Program-made: the position numbers and the translations under genes
Origin: Bacteroidales bacterium
GTDB taxonomy: Bacteria; Bacteroidota; Bacteroidia; Bacteroidales; UBA932
NCBI GenBank assembly: GCA_017958985.1
Contig: JAGDBQ010000126.1
Span: forward strand, 1 to 60,360
Direction: 5' to 3'
DNA length: 60,360 bases
The notes under the pieces: model-generated
Told to the model about the DNA's origin: nothing
The model's input: the letters and a program-made list of their open reading frames with translations, nothing else
Databases searched by the model: none
Shown: one piece after another, positions 28,543 to 38,146 of the stretch
Position numbering within the stretch: position 1 is the stretch's first letter
How the letters are laid out: every line of letters begins with the position of its first letter

Positions 28543-29469
28543 CTATTCCTCCTCAGTTACAAGTTTGATGAAAATGTCGTTCATCCTCGGAATCAGCTCC
28601 TTGAATGAATTCACCGGGACACCCTGGTCCAGCAGGGCTGCAAGGGCCTCGTTGGTCGATACACCCTCCTCGAGGGAGAGAACCGCAGTATGGCGGCCAG
28701 AGTTGTCCTCGTCGGAGAGGACCTTGAACTTCCCTTCCGATGAGCGGACCTGTTCGGAGGAAGAATAAACCAACTCGATGTTGTTGTTGCCGTACTTGTG
28801 ACGGATCTCATCCACACCTCCTTCCACCACGAGGCGGGATTTGTTTATGAGGGCGATGTCGTCGCAGAGTTCCTCTACCGACTCCATATTATGGGTAGAG
28901 AGGATTACAGTGGCACCTTCATCCTTAAGCCTCAGGATCTCCTGGCGGATGAGTTCGGCGTTCACCGGGTCGAAGCCCGAGAAAGGCTCGTCCAGTATCA
29001 TCAGCGAAGGCTTGTGCACCACCGTGGTGATGAACTGGACTTTCTGGGCCATACCCTTGGAGAGTTCCTCGACTTTCTTCTTCCACCAGTCCTGGATGCC
29101 GAAGCGGACGAACCACTGCTTCAGCTCCTTGCGGGCGTCGTTGGCGGTCATTCCTTTCAGCTGGGCAAGGTACATGGCCTGGTCACCGACTTCCATCTTG
29201 CGGTACAGGCCCCTTTCCTCAGGCAGGTATCCTATCTTCTCAACATCGTTCTGGGTGATGGGGCGGCCCTTGAACAGCACTTCCCCTGAATTAGGTATCG
29301 TAATCCGGTTGATGATACGTATCAGCGTGGTCTTTCCTGCCCCGTTCGGGCCGAGCAGACCGAAAATCCCTCCTTCCGGAATATTGATGCTCACCCTGTC
29401 AAGGGCGACCTTGGCTCCGAAATTCTTGCTGACTTCCCGGCATTCGATAATGTTTTCCGTACTTGTCAT
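28543..29469 (-). CDS. ABC transporter ATP-binding protein (NatA-like)
   Basis: GPNGAGKTT, LSKGMAQK, ILDEPFSG, STHN. Confidence 0.95.
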   Translation of the reverse strand: MTSTENIIECREVSKNFGAKVALDRVSINIPEGGIFGLLGPNGAGKTTLIRIINRITIPNSGEVLFKGRPITQNDVEKIGYLPEERGLYRKMEVGDQAMYLAQLKGMTANDARKELKQWFVRFGIQDWWKKKVEELSKGMAQKVQFITTVVHKPSLMILDEPFSGFDPVNAELIRQEILRLKDEGATVILSTHNMESVEELCDDIALINKSRLVVEGGVDEIRHKYGNNNIELVYSSSEQVRSSEGKFKVLSDEDNSGRHTAVLSLEEGVSTNEALAALLDQGVPVNSFKELIPRMNDIFIKLVTEEE

Positions 29470-30509
29470 ATATTCAAAATCTTGTTCGTTAATTCAACCA
29501 GAAGATCCCCCGGGGTGGCTTCACCGGCATCTCCTCCCTTGCTTTTATAGTCATAGTCGCATAGCAGGGAGATCACCTCCATAGCCTTGCGCACAGGATA
29601 GTTTGCCACGGCTACGTCATATTCCCTCCAGAAATAAGGATTGACACCCTGCAGGGCGGCAGCTATCTCGGTCTTGTCTGGATGGCGGTTATTCTCCTTC
29701 AAGGCTCCATACCTGAGGATCCTGACGAAGTGGGTATACAAGGCGCTTATGGCCATAGGCATCGCGAACCGGACGGACTGGCCGATATGTACGGCCACGT
29801 CCAGGGCCTTCGCACCGTTACGGCCGGACAGCTCCTTGGTAAGCTCGAAAACGCTGTATTCCCTGCTGATGCCCACGTTCTTCTCGATGTCCGAAGCAGA
29901 AACGGAGACCGCCCCCTCGGGGAGGTTTTTCAGCAGCTTGTCCGTCTCCACGACGATCTTGCCCATATCCGTTCCGGCATATTCTGCCAGCAAGGCCGCG
30001 GCATCCGGTGCGATCTCGAGCCCCCTGGAGGTATAGTACCGGCTTATCCAGGACGCCATCTCATAGTCCCTCAGGGCATTGGACTCGACCACCACACCGT
30101 TCTTAACGCATTGCTTGTAAAGAGATTTGCGTTTGTCGGCAGACGATCCACGCATCAGGATGACCAGGACGGTAGAGTCGAGGGGATTCTCGCAATAGAC
30201 GGAAAGCTGTTCCAGATCGCGCATCGCCTGGGCCTCCTTGACCACTACGAGTTGCCTTTCCGCCATCATCGGGAACCGTCTGGCGGCCGTAATGACCGTG
30301 TCAGCGTCGACATCGGAGCCATAGCATACAGTCTCGTTGAAATCACGGGAAAACTCGTCCAGCGAATATTCCATCACCGCATTGCAGACCAGGTCCGGAT
30401 AATACGGCTCATCCCCCATCAGGAGATAGACGGGGGAGAATACGCCAGCCTTGGCTTTCTCGATTATTTCACGGCACTGGGCGCCGGCATCGACCTGACT
30501 CTTAGCCAT
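29466..30509 (-). CDS. holA: DNA polymerase III subunit delta
   Basis: PVYLLMGDEPYY, ARRFPMMAERQLVVVKEAQ, IEKNVGISREY, DYKSKG. Confidence 0.93.
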   Translation of the reverse strand: MAKSQVDAGAQCREIIEKAKAGVFSPVYLLMGDEPYYPDLVCNAVMEYSLDEFSRDFNETVCYGSDVDADTVITAARRFPMMAERQLVVVKEAQAMRDLEQLSVYCENPLDSTVLVILMRGSSADKRKSLYKQCVKNGVVVESNALRDYEMASWISRYYTSRGLEIAPDAAALLAEYAGTDMGKIVVETDKLLKNLPEGAVSVSASDIEKNVGISREYSVFELTKELSGRNGAKALDVAVHIGQSVRFAMPMAISALYTHFVRILRYGALKENNRHPDKTEIAAALQGVNPYFWREYDVAVANYPVRKAMEVISLLCDYDYKSKGGDAGEATPGDLLVELTNKILNI

Positions 30510-30518
30510 AGGGACAAA

Positions 30519-32783
30519 TCAATACTTGAATTCCACGGTCTTGGACAGGGCGTCAGAGGATGTCCCTATCAGGGCTGAATAATCGCCCTTCGCGGCGACC
30601 CACTCGTGCTTGTCCGCATCGAAATAGCTGATGGCTTCCTTGTCTATGGTTATCTTGACGGTAGCCGTCTTCCCGGGTTCCAGGTAAACCTTTGAGAAAC
30701 CCTTGAGCTCCTTCGGTGCACGTTCCACGGCACTGTCGCCCGCACTTATGTAAAGCTGGACGACCTCCGCCCCGGCTACCTTGCCGGTATTCGTGACAGG
30801 GATGCTGAAAGTCAATCCTTTCCCTATCGAACCCGAGACTTTCGGATCGCCTATTTCGAAGGAAGTGTAGCTCAGCCCGTGTCCGAAAGCGAAGGTAGGA
30901 GCGATACTCTCGTGGTCGAACCACCTGTATCCCACAAAGATGCCTTCGCTGTATTCTTCATCGTAGATCGTAACGTCCTGGAGTCCCATCTTGGACATCT
31001 CCGGCCTGGGGATGCCGGGATACTGGGCTTCGGTACGGGCCGGATAGTCAGACAGCTGTGCACCGATCGTGAACGGCAGCTTTCCTGAAGGATTGACATC
31101 TCCGGACAGCACGTCCGCCAGAGAATGACCGGCTTCGCTTCCGAGATACCAGCCCTGTACGATTGCGGGAACCTTCCCTGCCCAAGGCATAGCCACGGCA
31201 TTGCCGGAAATATTGATTACGACCATCTTCCTGGCAACGGCGGCAAGGGCCTCTATCACGGCATCCTGGCCATAAGGCAGCTCATATGACTGCCTGTCGG
31301 CACCTTCGGCATCCTGGAAAGTACTCTTGTTCAGGCCTCCTATGAATATTACGCAGTCAGCCTCCCCGGCAGCCGCAACCGCATCCGCGATAAGCTGGGC
31401 TGCAGAACGGGTTTCATCAAGGTCCTGACCGGTGGAGACTCCGTCGAACTGACCGCTGACGTCTCCGACGTAACCACGCTCGTAAACGATCTCGGCATTG
31501 GAGAATCTCTCCCTGATGCCTTCCAGCGGAGAATATTCCTTCTTCACCTTAAGTGAGGAACTTCCGCCTCCGACGGTCATCATCTTCACGGCATTCTCTC
31601 CCACCACGAGTATCCTGCCTTCATCCTTGAGAGGCAGGACTCCCCCGTCGTTCTTGAGGAGGACTATGGATTCGGAGCCGATCTTGCGTGCCGCAGCGAT
31701 ATGCTCGGGAGAAACGAAGGAACCATACGGACGGTTTTTGTCCATAACCGTCCTGAAGAAGAGCCTCAGCACCCTGCGGGCCTTGTCGTCAAGGGTCTTC
31801 ATATCGTACTTGCCGGACTTGACGCCTTCCAGGTAAGGACTGGCAAGATAGTAGTTGGCATATGTGTTGGACGCTGCCGAAGGGTTGTTGGTAACGGTTC
31901 CGAACTCCAAATCCAGGCCGTGCTCTACACACTGGTCGGTGTCGTGCGCTCCGCCCCAGTCGCTTATCACCACACCGTCGAAGCCCCATTCACCCTTCAG
32001 GATGCCGTTCAGGGTATATTCGTTCTGGCAGCACCACTGGCCGTTGTAAAGATTGTACGAACCCATTATCGCCCAGGCCCCACCCTTCTGGACGGCAGCC
32101 TTGAAGGCAGGCAGGTAGATCTCGTACAGGGTACGGTCATCCACCTTGACGTGCGTAACGAAACGGTTGGTTTCCTGGTTGTTGAGTGCGTAGTGCTTGA
32201 CACAGGCGGCCACTCCGTTGCTCTGGACGCCCTGCACGTAAGGCACCACCATCGTGGAAGACAGGAAAGGATCCTCTCCCATATACTCGAAACTGCGGCC
32301 GTTGAGAGGAGTCCTGCAGATGTTGACGCCGGGACCGAGAAGCACATCCTTCTTGCGGTATCGTGCCTCCTGGCCGATGCTCACACCGTAGAGCTTCGCC
32401 AGATCGGGATCCCAGCTGGCGGCCAGGGCCGTCAGCGCAGGGAATGCCGTACAGGAATCGCTTGTCCATCCGGCCTGGCTCCACTTGTCCCAAAGCACTT
32501 CGGGACGGATACCGTGAGGCCCGTCGGTGGTCCAGAGTTCAGGGATGCCGAGACGGGGTACGCCGGCGGAACTGAACTTGGACTGAGCGTGCAGGATGGC
32601 CACCTTTTCTTCGACCGTCATCCTGGAGAGCGCATCTTCCACCCTTTCATCAATACTCTTGGAATCATCAAGAAAAACAGGCACGTCGTTTCCGGCGGCC
32701 TGTTTCCCCCTCTGACCCGGCTGACCGCAGGCGGTGGCCCAGGCCACCACGAGCATCAGGCTGAGAATCAGTCTAGTCTTCAT
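30519..32783 (-). CDS. Glycoside hydrolase family 3 beta-glucosidase with FnIII domain
   Basis: TDGPHG, GRSFEYMGEDP, CVKHYALN, ISDWG nucleophile, YSEGIFVGYRW, FGHGLSYT. Confidence 0.95.
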   Translation of the reverse strand: MKTRLILSLMLVVAWATACGQPGQRGKQAAGNDVPVFLDDSKSIDERVEDALSRMTVEEKVAILHAQSKFSSAGVPRLGIPELWTTDGPHGIRPEVLWDKWSQAGWTSDSCTAFPALTALAASWDPDLAKLYGVSIGQEARYRKKDVLLGPGVNICRTPLNGRSFEYMGEDPFLSSTMVVPYVQGVQSNGVAACVKHYALNNQETNRFVTHVKVDDRTLYEIYLPAFKAAVQKGGAWAIMGSYNLYNGQWCCQNEYTLNGILKGEWGFDGVVISDWGGAHDTDQCVEHGLDLEFGTVTNNPSAASNTYANYYLASPYLEGVKSGKYDMKTLDDKARRVLRLFFRTVMDKNRPYGSFVSPEHIAAARKIGSESIVLLKNDGGVLPLKDEGRILVVGENAVKMMTVGGGSSSLKVKKEYSPLEGIRERFSNAEIVYERGYVGDVSGQFDGVSTGQDLDETRSAAQLIADAVAAAGEADCVIFIGGLNKSTFQDAEGADRQSYELPYGQDAVIEALAAVARKMVVINISGNAVAMPWAGKVPAIVQGWYLGSEAGHSLADVLSGDVNPSGKLPFTIGAQLSDYPARTEAQYPGIPRPEMSKMGLQDVTIYDEEYSEGIFVGYRWFDHESIAPTFAFGHGLSYTSFEIGDPKVSGSIGKGLTFSIPVTNTGKVAGAEVVQLYISAGDSAVERAPKELKGFSKVYLEPGKTATVKITIDKEAISYFDADKHEWVAAKGDYSALIGTSSDALSKTVEFKY

Positions 32784-32788
32784 TTGCT

Positions 32789-33082
32789 TTATGCTTCGAA
32801 TTTCTTTTCCTTGGTTCTTACCACCTTCTCCTTCATCAGGTCAACTGCGACACTGACGGCATCTTCGAAAGTGTCTGCGTTCCTTTCGATGAGGAGATCC
32901 TGGCCATAGACCCTGGTCTGGATCTTGACATTCTTGTTGTCCGGCTCCTTGAGCAAAGATAAAGTCACCTCAACATCATCAAGATGGTCGCTGAAACGGG
33001 AAAGCTTCGAGACCTTCTTCTCTACGTAGTCGAGCAGTTTCTGGTCTGCATCGAACTTCAGGGATTTTACTCTAATCTCCAT
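32789..33082 (-). CDS. hpf: Ribosome hibernation factor HPF/RaiA
   Basis: 97 aa; SLKFDADQKLLDYVEKKVSKL...TFEDAV; directly follows xerC. Confidence 0.88.
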   Translation of the reverse strand: MEIRVKSLKFDADQKLLDYVEKKVSKLSRFSDHLDDVEVTLSLLKEPDNKNVKIQTRVYGQDLLIERNADTFEDAVSVAVDLMKEKVVRTKEKKFEA

Positions 33083-34046
33083 TTTTACCTCCGCTTTTTG
33101 CCCTTGGATGGGCGTTTAAATATACTTTCTTGAGTTTCTCGATGGAATTGTGCGTGTAGACCTGCGTCGCCGCAAGCGAGGAATGCCCGAGGAGTTCCTT
33201 TATTGAATTGAGATCGGCTCCCTCATTCAGGAGTTCCGTTGCCAATGAATGTCTCAAAACGTGTGGAGATTTCCTCCCGGTGATGCTCCCGACCTGCCCC
33301 AGCTCGCTCTTGATCACCCTGTCCACGAAAACCGGATAGAGCTTTGCACCCTTTCCTGTCACCAGCAGGGGATCGCCGGCAGACCTTGCACTACCTCCCG
33401 TCAACTCAACTGATTGTAAATATAATGAAATTTCCTTACAAAGAGAAGGTACCAGAGGAATTTCGCGCATCTTGTCACCTTTTCCCCTGACCTTGACTAT
33501 CCTTCTGGAAAGATCGACATCTCCCACCCTTAGTCCTATAAGCTCGGAACGTCGCATCCCCGTCGAATACAAGATGGAGACTATCAGGCGGTTGAGCCTG
33601 CGTGAATACAGGCCCAGGGAGACCTTGTCATTGCCTCTGAGCAGGTCCAGGTTCTCTTCGGAAGCATCGCATTCCGTAGAAGAGAAGTACTCCTTCATCG
33701 ATTCTTCCCTGTAGAAAACCGGCAACCGTTTCTCCATCTTCGGGCGGGTTACCGTCCTGACCGGATCGCTGTCCAGCCGGCCTTCTTTCATCAGCCACCT
33801 GCAAAAACCTGAAAGCACGGAAACGTGGAGGTTCACCGTCCTCGGGTCCAAGGACTTGCCGTCGAGCAGGTGAACTTCATAGGAACGGATGAGGGAGGGC
33901 TTCAGGCTATCCAGGAAATCCTCATCCGAGACCGCACCCGTGAACTCGCGGAACTGGGCCAGGATTTCCGAATATATGGCCTTGGTCCTGTCCGAATACC
34001 TCCGTACAGAACCGATATAGACTATGTAGTCTTCCGTCAGTGACAT
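33072..34046 (-). CDS. xerC: XerC-like tyrosine recombinase
   Basis: TGMRRSEL, GKGDKMR, SPHVLRHS, LLGHSSL, TQVYTH; housekeeping context next to hpf. Confidence 0.88.
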   Translation of the reverse strand: MSLTEDYIVYIGSVRRYSDRTKAIYSEILAQFREFTGAVSDEDFLDSLKPSLIRSYEVHLLDGKSLDPRTVNLHVSVLSGFCRWLMKEGRLDSDPVRTVTRPKMEKRLPVFYREESMKEYFSSTECDASEENLDLLRGNDKVSLGLYSRRLNRLIVSILYSTGMRRSELIGLRVGDVDLSRRIVKVRGKGDKMREIPLVPSLCKEISLYLQSVELTGGSARSAGDPLLVTGKGAKLYPVFVDRVIKSELGQVGSITGRKSPHVLRHSLATELLNEGADLNSIKELLGHSSLAATQVYTHNSIEKLKKVYLNAHPRAKSGGKNGD

Positions 34047-35572
34047 TCCACGAGACCCATTTCAGAGGCCTTGGACCTCATCAAAGCATCCGCTTCCTCA
34101 AAATTGTTGCCAATCTTGCCGTCCAGTATGGCCTCCTTCACATATTCTTTCAACAAACCTATCTCCTTGCAAGGAGGGATGCCGTAGACCTGCATCACGT
34201 ATTCGCCGGAAATCGGATTCTTCCAGTTCCTGATAGCATCTTTCTCCTCGACCTCCACCAGCTTCCTGCGCACCAGCTCGAAGTTCTCCTTGATGCGCGC
34301 CACCTTGACAGGGTTCTTGGAAGTTATGTCGGCGTTGCACAGGAGCATAAGGTCGTCTATGTCGTTTCCGGCATCAAAGAGAAGGCGCCTTACGGCAGAG
34401 TCGGTAACCTCCTCATCCACAAGCGCGATCGGACGGTGATGGAGCCCGACCAGCTTGCTCACGTATTTCATCTTCTCGTTCAGCGGCATCTTCAACCTTT
34501 CGAATATCTTCGGTACCATCCTGGCACCCACCACCTCGTGTCCGTGGAAAGTCCATCCGGAAGCCGGGTCGAAACGCTTGCTTGCAGGCTTCCCTATATC
34601 GTGCAGGAGAGCAGCCCAGCGCAACCATACGCAAGGCGCTTTCCGCACGGTTTCCACGAAACCGCTCCCATCTTCCTGGGGGGCGTAGTCTTTCAGGGAG
34701 CCCTCCGCGATGGCTGCGGACTCTGCGGCAGCCACATTATCGACCACCTGGAGGGTGTGGGAGAAAATCTCTTTGTGCCCCTTGCCGTCCACGGTTTCTA
34801 TTCCCTTGAGTTTCAGGAGCTCCGGGAGTATGTACTCGAGCAGCCCCGTCTTGTCGGCCAGATGGAAGCCCATGGAAGGATGCGGAGTCAGGAGTATCTT
34901 GTCCAGTTCTTCCACGATGCGTTCCTTTGACAGTATGGCCATCCTGTCCTTCATCTTCTTCATCGCTTCGATGGACTCCGGAACGATTGTGAATACCTGT
35001 TCCGGCGTACTCAGCTTGGTAGCGAAACGGATCGCCCTCAGCATCCTCAGCGGGTCGTCGCTGTAGGTCTGTTCCGGATCGAGCGGAGTCCTGATTATGC
35101 CCGCGGAGAGGTCCCTGATCCCTCCGAAAGGATCCACCAGGGCGCCATAGTCTTCTTTCTGGAGACTGAAAGCCATCGCATTGATGGTGAAATCCCGGCG
35201 CATCTGGTCCTCTTCCAGGGTGCCGTCTTCTACGACAGGCTTGCGCGAATCGTGCCTGTATGACTCCCTGCGCGCCCCGACGAACTCTATCTCAGCCCCT
35301 TCGAATTTGAGCATAGCAGTTCCGAAGTTCTTGAATATGCTTACGTTGCAATGCCGGCCGCTGATCCTTTCGACGGACTTCGCCACCTCCTTGGCCAGTT
35401 CAATCCCGCTGCCCTCCACGACGATGTCTATGTCGTCGTTCTCGCGGCCCAGGAAACAGTCGCGTACATATCCTCCGATGACGAAAGCCCTGACACCCAG
35501 TTTCCCGGCTGCATCAGACACTATTCCGAATATCGGTTTGTCAAGGAATCCCTCCGTTATAGTAGCACTCAT
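34037..35572 (-). CDS. cca: CCA tRNA nucleotidyltransferase with HD domain
   Basis: GGYVRD, DIDIV, RRDFTINAMA, DDPLRMLRAIRF, LLHDIGK. Confidence 0.92.
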   Translation of the reverse strand: MSATITEGFLDKPIFGIVSDAAGKLGVRAFVIGGYVRDCFLGRENDDIDIVVEGSGIELAKEVAKSVERISGRHCNVSIFKNFGTAMLKFEGAEIEFVGARRESYRHDSRKPVVEDGTLEEDQMRRDFTINAMAFSLQKEDYGALVDPFGGIRDLSAGIIRTPLDPEQTYSDDPLRMLRAIRFATKLSTPEQVFTIVPESIEAMKKMKDRMAILSKERIVEELDKILLTPHPSMGFHLADKTGLLEYILPELLKLKGIETVDGKGHKEIFSHTLQVVDNVAAAESAAIAEGSLKDYAPQEDGSGFVETVRKAPCVWLRWAALLHDIGKPASKRFDPASGWTFHGHEVVGARMVPKIFERLKMPLNEKMKYVSKLVGLHHRPIALVDEEVTDSAVRRLLFDAGNDIDDLMLLCNADITSKNPVKVARIKENFELVRRKLVEVEEKDAIRNWKNPISGEYVMQVYGIPPCKEIGLLKEYVKEAILDGKIGNNFEEADALMRSKASEMGLVECH

Positions 35573-35573
35573 A

Positions 35574-35978
35574 TCACTCCTGCATTGTTTCCCAATCCGG
35601 GAAAGAGCTTATCTGTTCGAATGGTATCCCGGGATCACCCGTACTCCTGAACCCGAACGTCCTTTCCCCGTTGGTGATGGCTATGAACTTCACTCCCAGC
35701 ACGAGATTGTATTTCAAGGCCTGCTCGAGGACCTCCCTGTCCATCGCGGTCTCGGGCCTCTTGCACTCCACCACCATAAGGGGAGCCGTATCCCTCCCGT
35801 AGACCAGGATATCGGCCCTGAACGGCTTGTCCCCAAGTTTCAGGGACACTTCGCTCATCATCATATGCTCCGGCACCTTCAGGCGGTCCTTCAGGACACC
35901 GATAAACCACTGCCGAACCCGTTCTTCGGGCGTCAGCGCCACCATTTTCTTCCTCAGCGGGTCCCAGATCCGGTTCAT
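35574..35978 (-). CDS. Stand-alone HsdR N-terminal-like (HSDR_N_2) nuclease-fold protein
   Basis: DPLRKKMVALTPEERVRQ, RADIL, VECK, QALKYN, ITNG. Confidence 0.88.
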   Translation of the reverse strand: MNRIWDPLRKKMVALTPEERVRQWFIGVLKDRLKVPEHMMMSEVSLKLGDKPFRADILVYGRDTAPLMVVECKRPETAMDREVLEQALKYNLVLGVKFIAITNGERTFGFRSTGDPGIPFEQISSFPDWETMQE

Positions 35979-36730
35979 TTGACGACGGATTTACGAATAT
36001 CTTCAACTACAAGGCCTGCGAGCGTCATCCCGAAGATCGAGGTGATATGGACCAGGGATCCATTGACCTGCGCCTTCAGGAACGAGCTGTTTTCCGCAGA
36101 GCAATCGTCCAGGGAGCCTCTGTTGGCAAGGACTTCATCGTCATACACGCACAGGAACGGACGGGACGGCAGAGTCCCCGCCTTCTTCATCCTCTTGCGG
36201 AGAGCAGCACCGAGGGGACAGCCCCTGACATCCCAGAATTCAGCGACCTTGATCCTCCTCGGATCCACTTTCAGGGCAGCGCCAAGCGAACAGAAGAACC
36301 TGGCCTTGCCGGCGGTCGCATTGAGGATGAGCAGAGTCTTGTTCTTCAAGGAATCCACCGCATCTATCACATAGTCATAGCTGTCAAGGTCGAATTCCCC
36401 GGCTGTCTCCTCGCAGTAAACCTTGCGCAAGGCAGTGATCCGAGCCTGCGGATCGATCTCCAGCAGACGCTCCCTCAGCGCCTCCACCTTGACCTGGCCG
36501 ACGGTCCTGGAAGTCGCCATCAGCTGCCGGTTGACGTTGGTGACGCTCACCGTATCGGGGTCCACCAGGGTAATGTCGGATATCCCGCTCCTCAAAAGGC
36601 CCTCGGCGCACCAGCTGCCGACTCCTCCGACACCGAATATGATGACCCTCGTCCGCGCCAGCGCGGAGGTCACATCATCCCCCAGCAGGAGCCTGACCCT
36701 GCCGTATATCTCTGATCCGAAGGAGTCCAT
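35975..36730 (-). CDS. tcdA: tRNA threonylcarbamoyladenosine dehydratase (ThiF family)
   Basis: GVGGVGSW, TNVNRQL, YVIDAVD, SLGAALKVDP, CPLG. Confidence 0.9.
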   Translation of the reverse strand: MDSFGSEIYGRVRLLLGDDVTSALARTRVIIFGVGGVGSWCAEGLLRSGISDITLVDPDTVSVTNVNRQLMATSRTVGQVKVEALRERLLEIDPQARITALRKVYCEETAGEFDLDSYDYVIDAVDSLKNKTLLILNATAGKARFFCSLGAALKVDPRRIKVAEFWDVRGCPLGAALRKRMKKAGTLPSRPFLCVYDDEVLANRGSLDDCSAENSSFLKAQVNGSLVHITSIFGMTLAGLVVEDIRKSVVK

Positions 36731-36734
36731 ATTG

Positions 36735-36742
36735 CAAAAATA
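36735..36742 (-). promoter_or_regulatory. -7 box for the tcdA-led operon
   Basis: TATTTTTG on - strand 4 bp upstream of the ATG, implying a nearly leaderless mRNA if real. Confidence 0.5.
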
Positions 36743-36757
36743 GGAATATTTCCGCTT

Positions 36758-38053
36758 CTATCTCTCATCTTCCACCACTCTTCTGGCACCGACGTACCTG
36801 GAAAAGTAGTAATAGCTGCCGTTGAAGGTCTGGATGGTCACTCCCTTGCTGCTGCAGGAATGCAGGAAACGGAAATTTCCGTCAGGCATAACCTCATATA
36901 CGATGGCCACGTGGCCCGGATAGACATTCCGCTGGGTGTTGAAGAAGATCAGGTCCCCCTTGCGGAGTTCCATACGGTTGACCGGACGCCCGTTCCTGTA
37001 CTGTTCACGGGCTGTCCTGCCCAGCTTTATGCCGAACTTGGAATACAATGAATACACAAGGCCGGAGCAGTCGAAAGCCGACGGACCAGTCTTGCCGAGG
37101 GAATAAGGGCGCCCCAGGTAGCGCGTACCGTAAGCAAGCAGGGAATCCACGAAATTGTCCCTTACCGTCGCTGTCTTGATGGCCAGTATCCCGTCCGGAC
37201 CGACATCTATCCCGCTGTCCGGAAAATCAGTTTCGGAGACGTATTTGATCATGGTCGCCGCCTTGTCCTTCGGGTCGGCCGAAGGCCCTTTGCCGGGATT
37301 CTGGAGCATCGATATTATCTTCCCATCGACGAACCTGCCCTGGTCCGTCACGGTTACCTGGAGCACCGGAGCCAGACCGCTGTAACTCTTCACATTCGAG
37401 CCGAAAGGTGTGCAGAACTTGCCCAGGCTGTAGGCTATGAGCCTGTGATGGTACAGCTCCACTCCCCTTGCGACACCTCCTCCCTGGCCGATCACCATAT
37501 CGGCTCCGGCATCTATGCAGACACGTGGGAAAAGGTCTTCATCGATGGAGAAGTGTTCGGAATTGGGACCGTCGTAAGGACTCTGGAAAGAGACCACCAG
37601 GATATCGCAGGAATCCTTCACCGAGCGTACGTAACCCCGGATAAGCTCGGAAACGATCTCCTCGTCCCCGCCCAGGCCGGTGGGCATCTCGGAGAAAGAA
37701 CAGAATCCGATCTTGATTCTCCTGCCACCGATTTCCCTGGTTTCGAACTGGCACTGGTCACCGTAGCCAAGGACATCGAACCCGACGCCCTTCAGGACAT
37801 CGGTCCGGTACAGTACAGTGGAATCGATGCTGCCATAAGTAAGGTCTGCACTTGAAAGATATCTGGATGCACCCGAGAACAAGGCCTCGGTTTCCTTTTC
37901 AGAGAGTTCCCTGTCGGCAGGAAGGGCTATCCTGCCTACGATCGTGAAGGTTACCTCGCCTCCGGGAGCGGACTGTGCGAATGAGCGGGCAGTCATCCCG
38001 ATCAAGGTCAAGAGGATCGGTATTATGTATCTGTAAAACTTGGTCGTCGTCAT
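36758..38053 (-). CDS. Exported fusion: degenerate CapA-family domain plus NlpC/P60 cysteine peptidase
   Basis: Signal peptide from ATG 38053; DAGADMVIG..GVELY..LIAYSLG CapA pattern; FDCSG, GDLIFF, GHVAI, FLH NlpC/P60 triad. Confidence 0.88.
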   Translation of the reverse strand: MTTTKFYRYIIPILLTLIGMTARSFAQSAPGGEVTFTIVGRIALPADRELSEKETEALFSGASRYLSSADLTYGSIDSTVLYRTDVLKGVGFDVLGYGDQCQFETREIGGRRIKIGFCSFSEMPTGLGGDEEIVSELIRGYVRSVKDSCDILVVSFQSPYDGPNSEHFSIDEDLFPRVCIDAGADMVIGQGGGVARGVELYHHRLIAYSLGKFCTPFGSNVKSYSGLAPVLQVTVTDQGRFVDGKIISMLQNPGKGPSADPKDKAATMIKYVSETDFPDSGIDVGPDGILAIKTATVRDNFVDSLLAYGTRYLGRPYSLGKTGPSAFDCSGLVYSLYSKFGIKLGRTAREQYRNGRPVNRMELRKGDLIFFNTQRNVYPGHVAIVYEVMPDGNFRFLHSCSSKGVTIQTFNGSYYYFSRYVGARRVVEDER

Positions 38054-38115
38054 ATTCAGGTCAGAAGGATATGCACAAATCGGGCAAAAGTAGTCATTTT
38101 GCTGAAACAAATCGC

Positions 38116-38123
38116 TATATTTG
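38116..38123 (+). promoter_or_regulatory. -7 box for ssrA
   Basis: TATATTTG 23 bp upstream of the mature 5' end. Confidence 0.7.
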
Positions 38124-38146
38124 CCCGTATAATTTTGTAACTGTCT

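Noticed and set aside
33072-34046. Tyrosine recombinase as the integrase of a mobile element
   Set aside because: XerC-like size and housekeeping context next to hpf; no att repeats, cargo or evident compositional shift.
35574-35978. Type I restriction-modification system
   Set aside because: Only a 134-aa N-terminal-like domain is present; no hsdM, hsdS or translocase.
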